Assembly: GCA_025061115.1 (NCBI GenBank)
Contig: JANZKC010000002.1
Coordinates: 352,001-416,000 of the forward strand
Direction: 5' to 3'
Source of the DNA: Candidatus Culexmicrobium cathedralense
GTDB lineage: Archaea > Thermoproteota > Methanomethylicia > Culexarchaeales > Culexmicrobiaceae
DNA: 64,000 bases
Part shown: positions 40,980 through 50,927 of the stretch, one piece after another
Position numbering within the stretch: position 1 is the first letter of the stretch
How the letters are laid out: each line of letters begins with the position of its first letter
Program-made: the position numbers and the translations under genes
Notes under the pieces: model-generated
What the model was told of the DNA's origin: nothing
The model's input: the letters and a program-made list of their open reading frames with translations, nothing else
The model's database searches: none

Positions 40980-41958
40980 CTACCCAAGGCACATCAACTG
41001 CATCCAATCTCCATCTAGGTTTAATGAAGCTCTTCTCAACCGGCAAAGTAATTCCATGTTTAAGCGCTAAAACTCCAGTCCAGGCAATCATAGCGCCATT
41101 ATCCCTAGCATATTCCTTTGGCACAGCTTTAAAGAAGGCCCCATGCTCCTCGGCCACAACTCTAAGCATATCCCTAAGCCGCCCATTGGCAGCTACCCCG
41201 CCGGTTAGAAGCAGCGCTTTCTTTGAGGTATGCGCAATAGCTCTTTCAGCAACCTCACATATCATGGAAAAAGCCACCTCCTGCAAGCTATAGCACAAGT
41301 CCTCCAAGCGCTCACCTTCATCAAGCTTCTTTATCGCGGCAGTAAGCAGCCCCGAAAAGGAAACATCCTGTCCCTTAACCACATAGGGAAGAGGAATAAA
41401 GCGCTCTCCCCTACGCGCCAACTCCTCAATGTATGGCCCCCCCGGATGAGGTAGGCCAGCCCTTCTAGCGAACACATCCAAGCAATTTCCAAGCGCAATA
41501 TCCAGCGTTTCCCCGAAAACCCTATACCTGCCCCCAGCGTAAGCTGCTATAATCGTGTTTCCACCGGACACATAAACTACCAAGGGGTCAGCTGCCTTAC
41601 ATACTAGCTTAGCAATTTCTATGTGAGCAACGCAGTGGTTAACTGGTATCAGAGGCTTTTTGAAGTAAGTTGCAAGAGCTCTAGCGATTGTTGCTCCAGT
41701 TCTCAAGCATGGACCAAGGCCAGGGCCTAACGACACTGCTACACCATCAACATCTTCAATTGCAATGCCAGCCTCATTCACCGCTGACTTCAATACGTTA
41801 GGAGCCACGTTAGCATGGTGGCGAGCAGCCTCCCTAGGATGAATTCCACCTTTAGATGGAATGTACTCTGAGTTCACGTTTGATAGAATAATCCCCTCAG
41901 AAGAAGCAATGCCGCATCCAAACGTGTGCGCAGTGCATTCAATTCCCAAAATAAGCAT
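40942..41958 (-). CDS. kae1: tRNA N6-adenosine threonylcarbamoyltransferase Kae1
   Basis: GIECTAHT, GPGLGPCL, VNHCVAHIE, VSGGNT, ETLDIA.GN, DNGAMIA. Confidence 0.96.
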   Translation of the reverse strand: MLILGIECTAHTFGCGIASSEGIILSNVNSEYIPSKGGIHPREAARHHANVAPNVLKSAVNEAGIAIEDVDGVAVSLGPGLGPCLRTGATIARALATYFKKPLIPVNHCVAHIEIAKLVCKAADPLVVYVSGGNTIIAAYAGGRYRVFGETLDIALGNCLDVFARRAGLPHPGGPYIEELARRGERFIPLPYVVKGQDVSFSGLLTAAIKKLDEGERLEDLCYSLQEVAFSMICEVAERAIAHTSKKALLLTGGVAANGRLRDMLRVVAEEHGAFFKAVPKEYARDNGAMIAWTGVLALKHGITLPVEKSFIKPRWRLDAVDVPWVGELEVEAIEEGC

Positions 41959-41969
41959 TCATGAACGCC

Positions 41970-42296
41970 TCAACCTTCAGCCTCAGCTTGCTCCTCCCTC
42001 TCCGAAGGCCTGTCCCTAGCTATCAAATACTCAGGCTCAATTTCCTTGGCTCTCTCCGGAGACTCGTAAACGTGAACGTGACCCCTCGTCTTGCCAACGC
42101 CATATTCGGTTATAAGCCTCCTAATGCAAATGCAGTCTATTGGAACCTTAAACTGCTCAGCAATAGCCTTCCTAACCTCAAATCTAGAAGGCGTTCCGCT
42201 GCTCGAGTGGTATATCATGATGTCAAGCTCAAGCCTATTAAGCAATGGATTTTGCCGCTTATCGACAACTTCAATTTGAAATTCCTCGCCGCTCAT
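41970..42296 (-). CDS. rps24e: 30S ribosomal protein S24e
   Basis: NPLLNRLE, TPSR, YG.GKT.G..HVY...ERAKEIEP.Y. Confidence 0.93.
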   Translation of the reverse strand: MSGEEFQIEVVDKRQNPLLNRLELDIMIYHSSSGTPSRFEVRKAIAEQFKVPIDCICIRRLITEYGVGKTRGHVHVYESPERAKEIEPEYLIARDRPSEREEQAEAEG

Positions 42297-42355
42297 AAGC
42301 TAAGACCACCTCTTCATGTGATGTGCAGATCCCACTTATATAATTAATTTCAACG

Positions 42356-42913
42356 CTATGCAGGTTCAAAAAAGCGCAGCAACCTAAAAGCTTCCATCCT
42401 CGCTTTATAGTCGACTGGAACAGCCATAATGCCTTCCCCAGGCAACCCGAAAGCCACAATAGAGTTAAAGGGAGAACAGAGAACTGCTGGCAGGGCAAGC
42501 AAGTCCTCTTCTCCATCAACAATCATCAAATACTTCCCATCCAAAGCCAAGGCATACTGAATGGCAAGCCAAGCTTCACAAGTAATGCACCCAGCTGGAT
42601 TGCTAACCCTCAAAACTTTAGAGAAAAGGCCGGAATCATAGTTGAACGGCCTGATCTTCCTACCCACTTTAAAGTCAACTATGGATAGATCAGGTATGAA
42701 ATTCAGATTCAACATCCATCCAGCTACAACATCTCCAACAGCCACAAACTTAGGCGGCTTCCTCTCCTTAACGAGGTTAACCAAAGCTATAGCTGAATTC
42801 TCGCCGGAACCGCTCAGCACTATGCCATACGGGCGCTTAAACTCGCTCCTAAACTTCTCCATCAACTTTAAGCAATTGAATTGAATGGAGAAATCAGTGC
42901 ACCTCAATAGCAT
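42356..42913 (-). CDS. GTP-dependent dephospho-CoA kinase (DUF359)
   Basis: KRPYG, VGDVV, D.SIVD.K, NPAGCIT, DGEEDLL, FG.PGEG; usual context after spt4. Confidence 0.85.
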   Translation of the reverse strand: MLLRCTDFSIQFNCLKLMEKFRSEFKRPYGIVLSGSGENSAIALVNLVKERKPPKFVAVGDVVAGWMLNLNFIPDLSIVDFKVGRKIRPFNYDSGLFSKVLRVSNPAGCITCEAWLAIQYALALDGKYLMIVDGEEDLLALPAVLCSPFNSIVAFGLPGEGIMAVPVDYKARMEAFRLLRFFEPA

Positions 42914-43097
42914 ACCTACCCGGCTTAGACCTATTTAGGATTTTAGCCGTTTCAGATGAGGGATCGACAACTATCACCAGCCCCCTCCAGTACTCCGAGA
43001 AGTCTTTACCCCCGCAGTTCGGGCATACGTCGACATCGGCCTCCACCAGGTAGTGGCACTTCCTGCACGCCTTAAATGGCAAACCCCTTCTAGGCAA
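42894..43097 (-). CDS. spt4: transcription elongation factor Spt4 (RpoE'')
   Basis: KACRKC...CPNCG, FS..W.G, PGRYAI. Confidence 0.94.
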   Translation of the reverse strand: MPRRGLPFKACRKCHYLVEADVDVCPNCGGKDFSEYWRGLVIVVDPSSETAKILNRSKPGRYAIEVH

Positions 43098-43679
43098 CTA
43101 CGCACCCTCCCCGCCCTTCACCTCTTCAGCTTCACCCTTGATGCGCTCAATCTCCTTCTCAATCCATGAAATAGCTCCAAGAAGCGGCTGCCTCATTGTG
43201 AGGCCCACCTTGACGCCCTTGCTGGAAATGCTCACAGTAACTACTCTAGCTCTAGCAATATCTCCTTTCTGGAGAAGTCTCTGCGACTCCTTGCCCATCA
43301 AAGCGCCCCTCCTCTTATCGTAGACAATGTAGTCGTCCATCACCTGCGACACGTGAATAAGCCCGTCAATTGGCCCCAACCGTATGAAAGCACCAAAATC
43401 CGTAACCTCAACTATTTCCCCCTCAACAACCTCCTGAACCTTAGGCAGAAAAGCTATGGCGTCGAAGGAAACTTCATGATATGTTGCTCCGTCCCCAGGA
43501 ACTATCATTCCGACCTCCGAAACCGATATGTTGGAAATAGCAATTATTATGCCAAGCTCACTGTCAATAAAACCCTCATACTTCTCTCTGAGAATCTCCA
43601 TAGCAACCTTATCAAGAGGTTCAGAAAACCTATTTGGAGGAATTCTAACCACATCGAGAACTTTAAGAAGGTAGTACAC
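43098..43679 (-). CDS. rpoE: DNA-directed RNA polymerase subunit E' (Rpo7)
   Basis: VRIPP..F, PGDGATYH, FGAFIRLGPIDGLIHVSQ, GLTMRQP.LG. Confidence 0.96.
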   Translation of the reverse strand: MYYLLKVLDVVRIPPNRFSEPLDKVAMEILREKYEGFIDSELGIIIAISNISVSEVGMIVPGDGATYHEVSFDAIAFLPKVQEVVEGEIVEVTDFGAFIRLGPIDGLIHVSQVMDDYIVYDKRRGALMGKESQRLLQKGDIARARVVTVSISSKGVKVGLTMRQPLLGAISWIEKEIERIKGEAEEVKGGEGA

Positions 43680-43693
43680 TCATCTAGCCCCCA

Positions 43694-43739
43694 TTAAGCT
43701 TTAAGCTTAAGTGGCTTAAGCCACATAATAATAAAAAAG
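43694..43739 (-). promoter_or_regulatory. putative internal rpoE promoter with adjacent palindromes
   Basis: minus-strand TTTTTTATTATTA followed by perfect palindromes GTGGCTTAAGCCAC (43711-43724) and TTAAGCTTAA (43701-43710). Confidence 0.4.
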
Positions 43740-43754
43740 TTACGCTCGATCAAT

Positions 43755-44174
43755 CTAATACACTTCTCCCTCAAGCTCTAGGTGGTCGAACCCCCTTAAG
43801 AAAATCACTGGAACGCCAAGCTTCCTCAAGCTCCTCCTCAACGCAATATCATTCGTAGCAACCACCACAGAGTGCTTCCTAGCATACTCTATGATAGCGC
43901 TATCAGCATCTCCTGGAAACTCGAAGTCGATCACTTCACATTTCTTCGCAAGCTCCAAGGCAAGCCTGCTTTCAGCCCTCTCCTTAGGCCTTCCTCTCTC
44001 AGCCAAGTGGATAAGCTCATCCAAGGTTGACCTCAATATCACTGGCTTAAACGCAGCATTAAGAACCCGCCCAACCTCAGAGAATACGTCCAAAGGCTTC
44101 TGAACGGCAAGCAAAAGCATGTTAGTGTCAAAAACCACAACTATCCCGCGTTTCGACAAGGCAGATACACTCAC
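43755..44174 (-). CDS. PIN-domain protein (Fcf1/Utp24-like)
   Basis: FDTNML, DEL, DADSAI, VATND..LR; usual position between eif2g and rpoE. Confidence 0.88.
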   Translation of the reverse strand: MSVSALSKRGIVVVFDTNMLLLAVQKPLDVFSEVGRVLNAAFKPVILRSTLDELIHLAERGRPKERAESRLALELAKKCEVIDFEFPGDADSAIIEYARKHSVVVATNDIALRRSLRKLGVPVIFLRGFDHLELEGEVY

Positions 44175-45439
44175 CCCTTAATGAAGCCATAGCCAATTAA
44201 CCGCCACCTACCGCCAATTCGCCTACTTATCGCTATCCTAGCTCCAACATCAGCACAAACAGGCCTCCTCAAAGCTACGTGAGCTTCATCTTTAGATAGA
44301 GAAGTAACCACTCCAAGAGTTGTTGCAGTTCCAACATTTATCATGAGGGGCTCCCTCATCCTTAAAGGCTCAACCCTCTGAGGCTCCTTCAATCCAACAA
44401 CCCACTCTAGCAAGTGAACTTCAAAAGTGAATTCATACCAGGTGGGCGGCAGAGTCCCAGGGTGGCCAACAACATTCCCCACAAGCGCGTCAGCCTTGGT
44501 TAAAGCAGGGTCAAGAAGAGTTCCAACACCTACAAGCCCTCCAGGCCTAGCTTCCTCAACGGGAACCTCACCTGCCTTTAAGCTCACAACCTCAGTGTGC
44601 AGAGGAACATACTCGACCTTCCCCATCCTCTCAACCTTTAAGCCAGGGCAAATTTCAATTTCATCCCCAACCCTCAGCTTGCCCTGAACAATCGACCCCC
44701 CTAAAACGCCGCCAACAAGCTTCTCCGGAGAAGTTCCAGGCTTATTGACGTCAAAAGACCTCGCAACAAGCATCCTGGGAGGCTTTGCAGGATCTCTATG
44801 GGGAGTTGGAATGTGCTCTTCAATTGCCTGAATTAAAACGTCAATATTAGCCTTATGAAGAGCCGAAACGGGAATTATGGGGGCATCCTCAGCAATCGTG
44901 CCTTTAATAAACTCCAAAATTTGCCGATAATTTTCCAAAATCTTCTCCCTAGATGCAACTTCAACCTTATTTTGAACTATAACTATATTTTTGACTCCAA
45001 TTATCTCAAGAGCTATAAGGTGCTCTCTAGTCTGAGGCTGAGGGCAAGGCTGAGTCGCATCAATCACCAGCAGAGCACCATCCATTAAGGTTGCCCCAGA
45101 AAGCATCGTCGCCATGAGCATTTCATGGCCAGGACAATCTACGAAGGAAACTCGTCTAAGCAAAAAAGTCTCAGACCCACAGTGCCTGCAGGTGAGCTCA
45201 GTAGTATAGCACTGAGGGGGAGGGCAATTAGGACACTTTCTAAAGCTGGCATCCGCATAACCCAACTTCAGAGTTAAGCCTCTCTTCAGCTCCTCACTAT
45301 GCCTAGCAGCCCAAACTCCAGTTAAAGCTTGAACAAGAGTTGTTTTACCGTGATCAACATGACCCGTAGTACCAATATTACATTCGGGCTGCTTGAACTC
45401 CTCCCCACCCTCACCCTTGCCGCTCCTCTTCCTGCTCAA
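44171..45439 (-). CDS. eif2g: translation initiation factor 2 subunit gamma
   Basis: [53 protein letters not shown]. Confidence 0.97.
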   Translation of the reverse strand: MSRKRSGKGEGGEEFKQPECNIGTTGHVDHGKTTLVQALTGVWAARHSEELKRGLTLKLGYADASFRKCPNCPPPQCYTTELTCRHCGSETFLLRRVSFVDCPGHEMLMATMLSGATLMDGALLVIDATQPCPQPQTREHLIALEIIGVKNIVIVQNKVEVASREKILENYRQILEFIKGTIAEDAPIIPVSALHKANIDVLIQAIEEHIPTPHRDPAKPPRMLVARSFDVNKPGTSPEKLVGGVLGGSIVQGKLRVGDEIEICPGLKVERMGKVEYVPLHTEVVSLKAGEVPVEEARPGGLVGVGTLLDPALTKADALVGNVVGHPGTLPPTWYEFTFEVHLLEWVVGLKEPQRVEPLRMREPLMINVGTATTLGVVTSLSKDEAHVALRRPVCADVGARIAISRRIGGRWRLIGYGFIKG

Positions 45440-45794
45440 ACTTCAACTCCCCCTCAACCACAACCATGTTGATCTGCACAATATCCTCAGTAATCACGTT
45501 TCCCCGCACGGTCTTTCGCCTTCTCAGCCCCTTCTCCGTAGGTCTAAATCCAGGAGGTCCTGAAAGCAAAATCCTATACTTCTTGCCTCCAGGTAAGTAG
45601 GGAAGCATTGGAAAGCCAGCTTTATCCGAACCCCCCGTTATTTTCAACTTAACTCCTGGAAATCCCAATGAAGATCCATCTATGATATCTCCAATTTTAA
45701 GTCCAATAAGATTGTACGACGTAGGATCGCCAATTGTCACCTGCTTTGCTCTTCCCGACTTGGGGTCACTAATTACTAGCTTAAATTCAGGCAC
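45411..45794 (-). CDS. rps6e: 30S ribosomal protein S6e
   Basis: [29 protein letters not shown]. Confidence 0.96.
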   Translation of the reverse strand: MPEFKLVISDPKSGRAKQVTIGDPTSYNLIGLKIGDIIDGSSLGFPGVKLKITGGSDKAGFPMLPYLPGGKKYRILLSGPPGFRPTEKGLRRRKTVRGNVITEDIVQINMVVVEGELKFEQEEERQG

Positions 45795-45796
45795 GC

Positions 45797-47623
45797 CTAT
45801 ACCCTCCCACTCCGCCTCCTAATTTTTCCGATTTCTTTTAACAATTCAAGTTCTTCATCTGAAAGGGAATCTTTAAACTCCGAAGCCAGCACCCTCGCAT
45901 GGCTTTCAGGTACATTTACGTAAAGGACATCTCCCTCCTTTATATGTCTTCCCACAATTATATTTCCCTTAATTGAAATAGCTATGCTTTGACCGGCAGC
46001 CGCCTCCTTAATGGTCTTGCCCTTATCCTGAATTTGCAGAATTTCGCCGATAACTCTTCCATCACTTCTCATGAGCTGGTATCCAGGCCTGATTCTACCA
46101 ACCTTCACCTCAACACCGACTATGGCGGGGTCACTCCGCCTAAATACGCAGCCTGGCATAATTCTTATTTTGCCTGGCTTAATCAGCTCCTCAAACTTTC
46201 TCATGCGGTCCCGAGTCACGTTTTCATGATACCACTTCTGATAAGCTTCAACTAGCCTGTAAATAATGACGTCCCTGAAAATCTTTATCCCCCTACTCTT
46301 AGCTTCCTCCTCAGCATCCGGCAAAACCTTAACATTGAAGGCCAAGATCACGCCCCTATATAGATCACTATCCCTTACGATTGCAGCTTCAATGACGTCC
46401 CTCTTGGAAACTGGACCTACATCAGCAATTCTAACTGGAATGCCCAGCCTCTCAAGGTAGGAGGTAAGAGCTTCAAGCGACCCCAAAGTATCGGTTTTCA
46501 GCACAACTCCCGAGACTTTCCTGGAGATCCTTAGAACTGAAACCTCTTCAGCAACTGAACTTTGCACCTCTCCAATCTTCTTTACGTCATCAACTACGAT
46601 TATCGGCGCTCCAGCAACTGCTCCCTCCAAATTGGGAGCCACAACCTTAACTCCAGCAGCTGCTGCAACCTCCTCAACATTCATGAATCTATCTTCGGGA
46701 GAGCGCATCTCATCTAAGGGCTTGGGTAGAAGTAATGCTCTAACTCTGGTTACGATAGGCTTCTCCAATCCGCCGACAACGATCAAGTCTCCCCGCCTGA
46801 TAACCCCATCATAGATTATAACGTCAATAGTGGTCCCTAGCCCAGGCTCCTCCCTGACCTCCAAAACAACTCCCTTGGCAGGGCCAGAAGTAAACTTGAG
46901 CCTCTCAGTCATAAATCTCTGGGTCAATCCAGCTAAAACCATTAATAGCTCTGGAATGCCTTCACCAGTCTTAGCGCTAGTTGGAACAATAGCCACCGTC
47001 TTAGCGAAGTCCTTGATCCTATCAAACCTATCAGCTCTAAACCCAAGCCTATAAAACTCGTATATTATGTTACTTATCAGCTCATCTAGACGATTAACAA
47101 CCCACTCACTTTGCCTCCTAGAGCTCTCCAAGAAAGAGGCATTCTCGAAGGGCTTCCATCCAGGAATCTTATCTATCTTATTAGCTGCCACCAAAAATGG
47201 AGTTTTGCGCGCTCGAAGAATCTCAACAGACTCATAAGTTTGATTTTCAAAACCTTCAGTTACATCAATAACGAGGATAGCTATATCTGCTATTGAGCCG
47301 CCTCTCCTCCTCAAATTGACAAAGGCTTCGTGGCCAGGCGTGTCAATAAAAAGCAAACCTGGAATTTCAATGTCAGCTTTTACGGCCTTAAGCAATGGGC
47401 CGCAAATCTCCTTAAGCGTGGACCACGGTATAAAGCTAGCGCCAATATGCTGAGTCATCGTTCCAGGCTCCTTAAGCATTACAGCTGTACCTCTAATCTT
47501 ATCTAGAAGGGCAGTTTTGCCCACATCAACGTGCCCTAGCACGCAGACAATTGGCTGTCTAATTCTTCTCCTATCCGACAATGCCAGCACCTCTAAATGC
47601 TGCCACGCTATAGGCAAAGACAC
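45797..47623 (-). CDS. infB: translation initiation factor aIF5B (IF-2)
   Basis: RQPIV.VLGHVD.GKT, TQHIGA, DTPGHE, NKID, DTLGSLEAL; no intein; likely start TTG 47581. Confidence 0.96.
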   Translation of the reverse strand: MSLPIAWQHLEVLALSDRRRIRQPIVCVLGHVDVGKTALLDKIRGTAVMLKEPGTMTQHIGASFIPWSTLKEICGPLLKAVKADIEIPGLLFIDTPGHEAFVNLRRRGGSIADIAILVIDVTEGFENQTYESVEILRARKTPFLVAANKIDKIPGWKPFENASFLESSRRQSEWVVNRLDELISNIIYEFYRLGFRADRFDRIKDFAKTVAIVPTSAKTGEGIPELLMVLAGLTQRFMTERLKFTSGPAKGVVLEVREEPGLGTTIDVIIYDGVIRRGDLIVVGGLEKPIVTRVRALLLPKPLDEMRSPEDRFMNVEEVAAAAGVKVVAPNLEGAVAGAPIIVVDDVKKIGEVQSSVAEEVSVLRISRKVSGVVLKTDTLGSLEALTSYLERLGIPVRIADVGPVSKRDVIEAAIVRDSDLYRGVILAFNVKVLPDAEEEAKSRGIKIFRDVIIYRLVEAYQKWYHENVTRDRMRKFEELIKPGKIRIMPGCVFRRSDPAIVGVEVKVGRIRPGYQLMRSDGRVIGEILQIQDKGKTIKEAAAGQSIAISIKGNIIVGRHIKEGDVLYVNVPESHARVLASEFKDSLSDEELELLKEIGKIRRRSGRV

Positions 47624-47646
47624 TGGATTTTAAGTGTTTTCCACTC

Positions 47647-48108
47647 TCAAAGCCACTTTTCATCTACTCTTTCATACCTATAAATCTCCCTAGAATCGAA
47701 AAGTATTGAAAGCTCCCTAGCAGCATTTTCAGGGGAATCAGCGGCATGAACAACGTTCTTGCTAATGTCCAGAGCAAAGTCCCCCCTAATAGTCCCAGGA
47801 TCAGCTTCAGCGGCATTAGTAGCGCCAACAATCCGCCTCACAACCGAAATTGCGCTTTTACCCTCAACAGCTATTGCCACTATTGGAGATGAAGTGACGT
47901 ATCTTATCAAGTCCTCAAAAAAGTGCTTGCCCCTATGTACGGCGTAGAGCTTTTCAGCCTCCTCTCTTGACAGCCACTTCATCTTAAGCCCAACGATCTT
48001 CAAACCCCTACGCTCCAAGCGGCTAATAACCTCACCCACGAGGCCCCTAACAACTCCATCAGGCTTGATCATCACAAAGGTCCTCTCAACATCTCCACTC
48101 AAGTCCAC
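47647..48108 (-). CDS. ndk: nucleoside diphosphate kinase
   Basis: [26 protein letters not shown]. Confidence 0.96.
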   Translation of the reverse strand: MDLSGDVERTFVMIKPDGVVRGLVGEVISRLERRGLKIVGLKMKWLSREEAEKLYAVHRGKHFFEDLIRYVTSSPIVAIAVEGKSAISVVRRIVGATNAAEADPGTIRGDFALDISKNVVHAADSPENAARELSILFDSREIYRYERVDEKWL

Positions 48109-48175
48109 TGCCCCCTCAAACGATACGGAATTACTTTGATAAAAATTTAAGCAATAAGTTTAAGGAGTAAAGCTT

Positions 48176-48364
48176 TTACTTGGACTTAACCTTTTTCTTA
48201 ACCCACCTAACTCTATGAGGCTTCCTCTTGTAGACAAGCATGCTCTTCCTACACTTGCTCGAGCAGAAATAAAGTATTGTGCCATCAGCTTTAACATAAA
48301 TTATTCCAAAGCCAGAGGGAATTTCAGAACCGCAGAAACTGCACCTTCTAATGCGCAAGCTCAA
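48176..48364 (-). CDS. rpl24e: 50S ribosomal protein L24e
   Basis: CSFCG..I..G.G, FCSSKC, P....W. Confidence 0.95.
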   Translation of the reverse strand: MSLRIRRCSFCGSEIPSGFGIIYVKADGTILYFCSSKCRKSMLVYKRKPHRVRWVKKKVKSK

Positions 48365-48378
48365 CTAAAAGCACCTCG

Positions 48379-48594
48379 CTAGCGTGGAGTAAGCTTTCTA
48401 GCTTCCCTCTCAGTTTCCCTCAGCATTAAAATATCCCCTAGCCTCACTGGCCCCTTCACGTTTCTAGTTAAAATTCTCCCCCTATCCCTACCTTCAAGAA
48501 CTCTAACTCTAACTTGAATAACCTCTCCGGTAACACCAGTCCTCCCAATTATCTGTATTACCTCAGCTGGCGTTGCATCTCTTTCGCTACTCAT
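48379..48594 (-). CDS. rps28e: 30S ribosomal protein S28e
   Basis: [34 protein letters not shown]. Confidence 0.97.
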   Translation of the reverse strand: MSSERDATPAEVIQIIGRTGVTGEVIQVRVRVLEGRDRGRILTRNVKGPVRLGDILMLRETEREARKLTPR

Positions 48595-48653
48595 TTCGCT
48601 GCACCACTTATGCTATGCATAAAGTCAGGTTCAATTTATGTTTTGCTATTCAG

Positions 48654-49109
48654 CTAGCCTTTGGATGACTTCTTTTTCCTAGACTTCTTAGCCTTCTTCT
48701 CCTTAGCCTCGGTTTCCTCAGCAGGCACGGCTGCTCCAGATTTGATCTTCTCAATCTCTGTAACTATCTCCTTAACTAGCTCTGCAGCATCTCCAGGATC
48801 TATAATGCAAGCTGAAGCAGCAGCAACGTCAATTCCAGCTGCCCTACCTAGCTGCGACTTGCTTGGAACGTAAACGTATGGAATTTTCCTCTCCTCGCAG
48901 AGCAATGGAATGTGAGCCACAATCTCTGGAGGATCAACATCTTCAGCGATCAGTACTAGCTTTGCCAATCCTCGCTCGATAGCCTTAGTGGTCTCATTCG
49001 TCCCCTTCTTAATTCTACCAGTATCCCTCGCTATTTGAACAGCCTCATAACTTTTCTCAGCTAGTTCAGGAGGAACCTCGAACCTCACATAAAATGGCTT
49101 AGACATCAT
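48654..49109 (-). CDS. rpl7ae: 50S ribosomal protein L7Ae (k-turn-binding protein)
   Basis: [30 protein letters not shown]. Confidence 0.97.
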   Translation of the reverse strand: MMSKPFYVRFEVPPELAEKSYEAVQIARDTGRIKKGTNETTKAIERGLAKLVLIAEDVDPPEIVAHIPLLCEERKIPYVYVPSKSQLGRAAGIDVAAASACIIDPGDAAELVKEIVTEIEKIKSGAAVPAEETEAKEKKAKKSRKKKSSKG

Positions 49110-49171
49110 CTCACCTCTTCATCGAATCATGCGCTATAAGAATCAAAAAACCAGCTTATTAAGCTTATCGG

Positions 49172-50914
49172 CTAAGGATGCGTGTAGTAAAAGGTGAGTT
49201 TCTCACCTACATCATCAACTCTCACAAAGCCGAAGCGTACAAGCTGTATTCTATCATCCACCTTCAATTTCGAGCAGTGCTCCTCGCAGAAGCCGCCAAC
49301 CTCAGAGGCATCCGGCATAACCACCTTCGCTGGGAGACACCTATTCTTAGGAAGCCAGTGAATGATGGGAGCACGGGAAGGAAGCTCCTTTAAGTCAAAG
49401 CTGTGGAAGGTTGATGAAACAGCGTCTCTCCCAATACTTTCAACCTTAAAGTTAAGGAGCCCCATCAACCTAATGACGCTGCCCACTCTCATCTGATCAA
49501 CATCCCTCCTAGATATGAATAGCTCAGCGAAGCCGCCGCTCACATTAACGGCTATCTCCCTAAACCCCCTCTCGGGATAGCTCGGGTGGTATGGAATCTT
49601 AGCCACTAAAGCGCGCGGAACGCCTGCAATCCTCAAAGTGAAGGGATCATCTATGAAGAAGAACCTATTGGCAATAGGCTCAACGATTTTCCTATTAGCA
49701 GAATACAGGTTTTCAAGTGAAATTGAAGATTCAACCGGCTTCACCCCAACCTGTAAAATTATCTCCCTAATAGCCTCCGGAAAGAAGCCCCTCCTCCTAA
49801 GAGCCCTTAAAGTCCCCAATCGAGGATCATCCCAAGACTTAAACAAACCCTTCCTAATTCCTTCAGCTATCTTCGACTTGCTTAAAACCCAGCCGGTCAA
49901 CTTCAACCTGCCGAAATGTATTGCTTCAGGGTATTCCCAACCCAAGTACTTGTAGATGTACTGCTGCTTAACGGTATTGCTCATGTGCTCCTTACCCCGT
50001 AAAATGTGGGAAATCCTAAGTTCATGATCGTCAATCGCGCAGGCAAAATTGTATGTAGGCCAAACCCAATACCTACTCCCAACTCTAGGGTGGGGGTGCT
50101 GCTCGACATCTATAATTCTGAGAGCCACCCAATCCCTAATGGCAGGGTTTGGATGCGCCATATCAGTTTTAATTCTAACTACGGCTTCACCTTCACCCAA
50201 AAGCCCTTCAACCATCCTATCCCAAAGATCCAAGTTATCCTCGGAACTTCTGGAGCGGCAGGGACACGGCTTCCCTGCGGACTTAAATTTGCTGAAAACA
50301 TCTCTAGAGCAAGTGCAAACGTAAGCTGCACCCATCTCAAGCAACTTCACTGCATACGAGTAGTACATTGGAATCCTATCCGACTGAATATACTCTTCAT
50401 CCCACTCAGCCTTAAGCCAAAGCAGATCTTCCCTAATCCAGTCGTAAACCTCAATGATTGGCTTCTTGGTTTTAGGATCCGTATCCTCAAATCTTAGAAT
50501 AAACTTACCATTATACATGCGCGCATACTCATGGCATAAAACGATGGGCCTAGCGCTCCCCAAGTGGAGGGGAGCATCAGGATTTGGCGCAAACCTCGTC
50601 CTAACAACATCAAAGCGCTCAACATTGGGAAGAGGAGGGAGAACCTTCTCCTCAACCACCCTCTCAACAGCTAAAAGCTCAGGCCAATTAAGGCGAATGA
50701 CATTTTCCTGCTCACCCAAGCTCATCAAATTAACTTCATCAACTATCCTCCTAATGTGGGGAATAAGAAGCTTAACTCTAGGTTTCAAGTCGGGACGCTC
50801 ACCCAAAACCTTGGATAAAACTGGATTAAGCTCGGCTCTGCCTCCATGCTTATACGCGTTCAACAGCGCGTGCTTCCTAATTAACAGCTCAACGTCAGGA
50901 TCCAAAAACTCCAT
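49172..50914 (-). CDS. gltX: glutamate--tRNA ligase (archaeal type)
   Basis: TRFAPNP..PLHLG, RFEDTDP, WPTYNFAC.IDDH, LSKS, WDDPRL.T, Q..RFGF. Confidence 0.96.
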   Translation of the reverse strand: MEFLDPDVELLIRKHALLNAYKHGGRAELNPVLSKVLGERPDLKPRVKLLIPHIRRIVDEVNLMSLGEQENVIRLNWPELLAVERVVEEKVLPPLPNVERFDVVRTRFAPNPDAPLHLGSARPIVLCHEYARMYNGKFILRFEDTDPKTKKPIIEVYDWIREDLLWLKAEWDEEYIQSDRIPMYYSYAVKLLEMGAAYVCTCSRDVFSKFKSAGKPCPCRSRSSEDNLDLWDRMVEGLLGEGEAVVRIKTDMAHPNPAIRDWVALRIIDVEQHPHPRVGSRYWVWPTYNFACAIDDHELRISHILRGKEHMSNTVKQQYIYKYLGWEYPEAIHFGRLKLTGWVLSKSKIAEGIRKGLFKSWDDPRLGTLRALRRRGFFPEAIREIILQVGVKPVESSISLENLYSANRKIVEPIANRFFFIDDPFTLRIAGVPRALVAKIPYHPSYPERGFREIAVNVSGGFAELFISRRDVDQMRVGSVIRLMGLLNFKVESIGRDAVSSTFHSFDLKELPSRAPIIHWLPKNRCLPAKVVMPDASEVGGFCEEHCSKLKVDDRIQLVRFGFVRVDDVGEKLTFYYTHP

Positions 50915-50927
50915 TTCACAAACCCCA

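Noticed and set aside
43755-44174. VapC toxin
   Set aside because: No antitoxin; this is the conserved Fcf1/Utp24-like PIN gene found between eif2g and rpoE.
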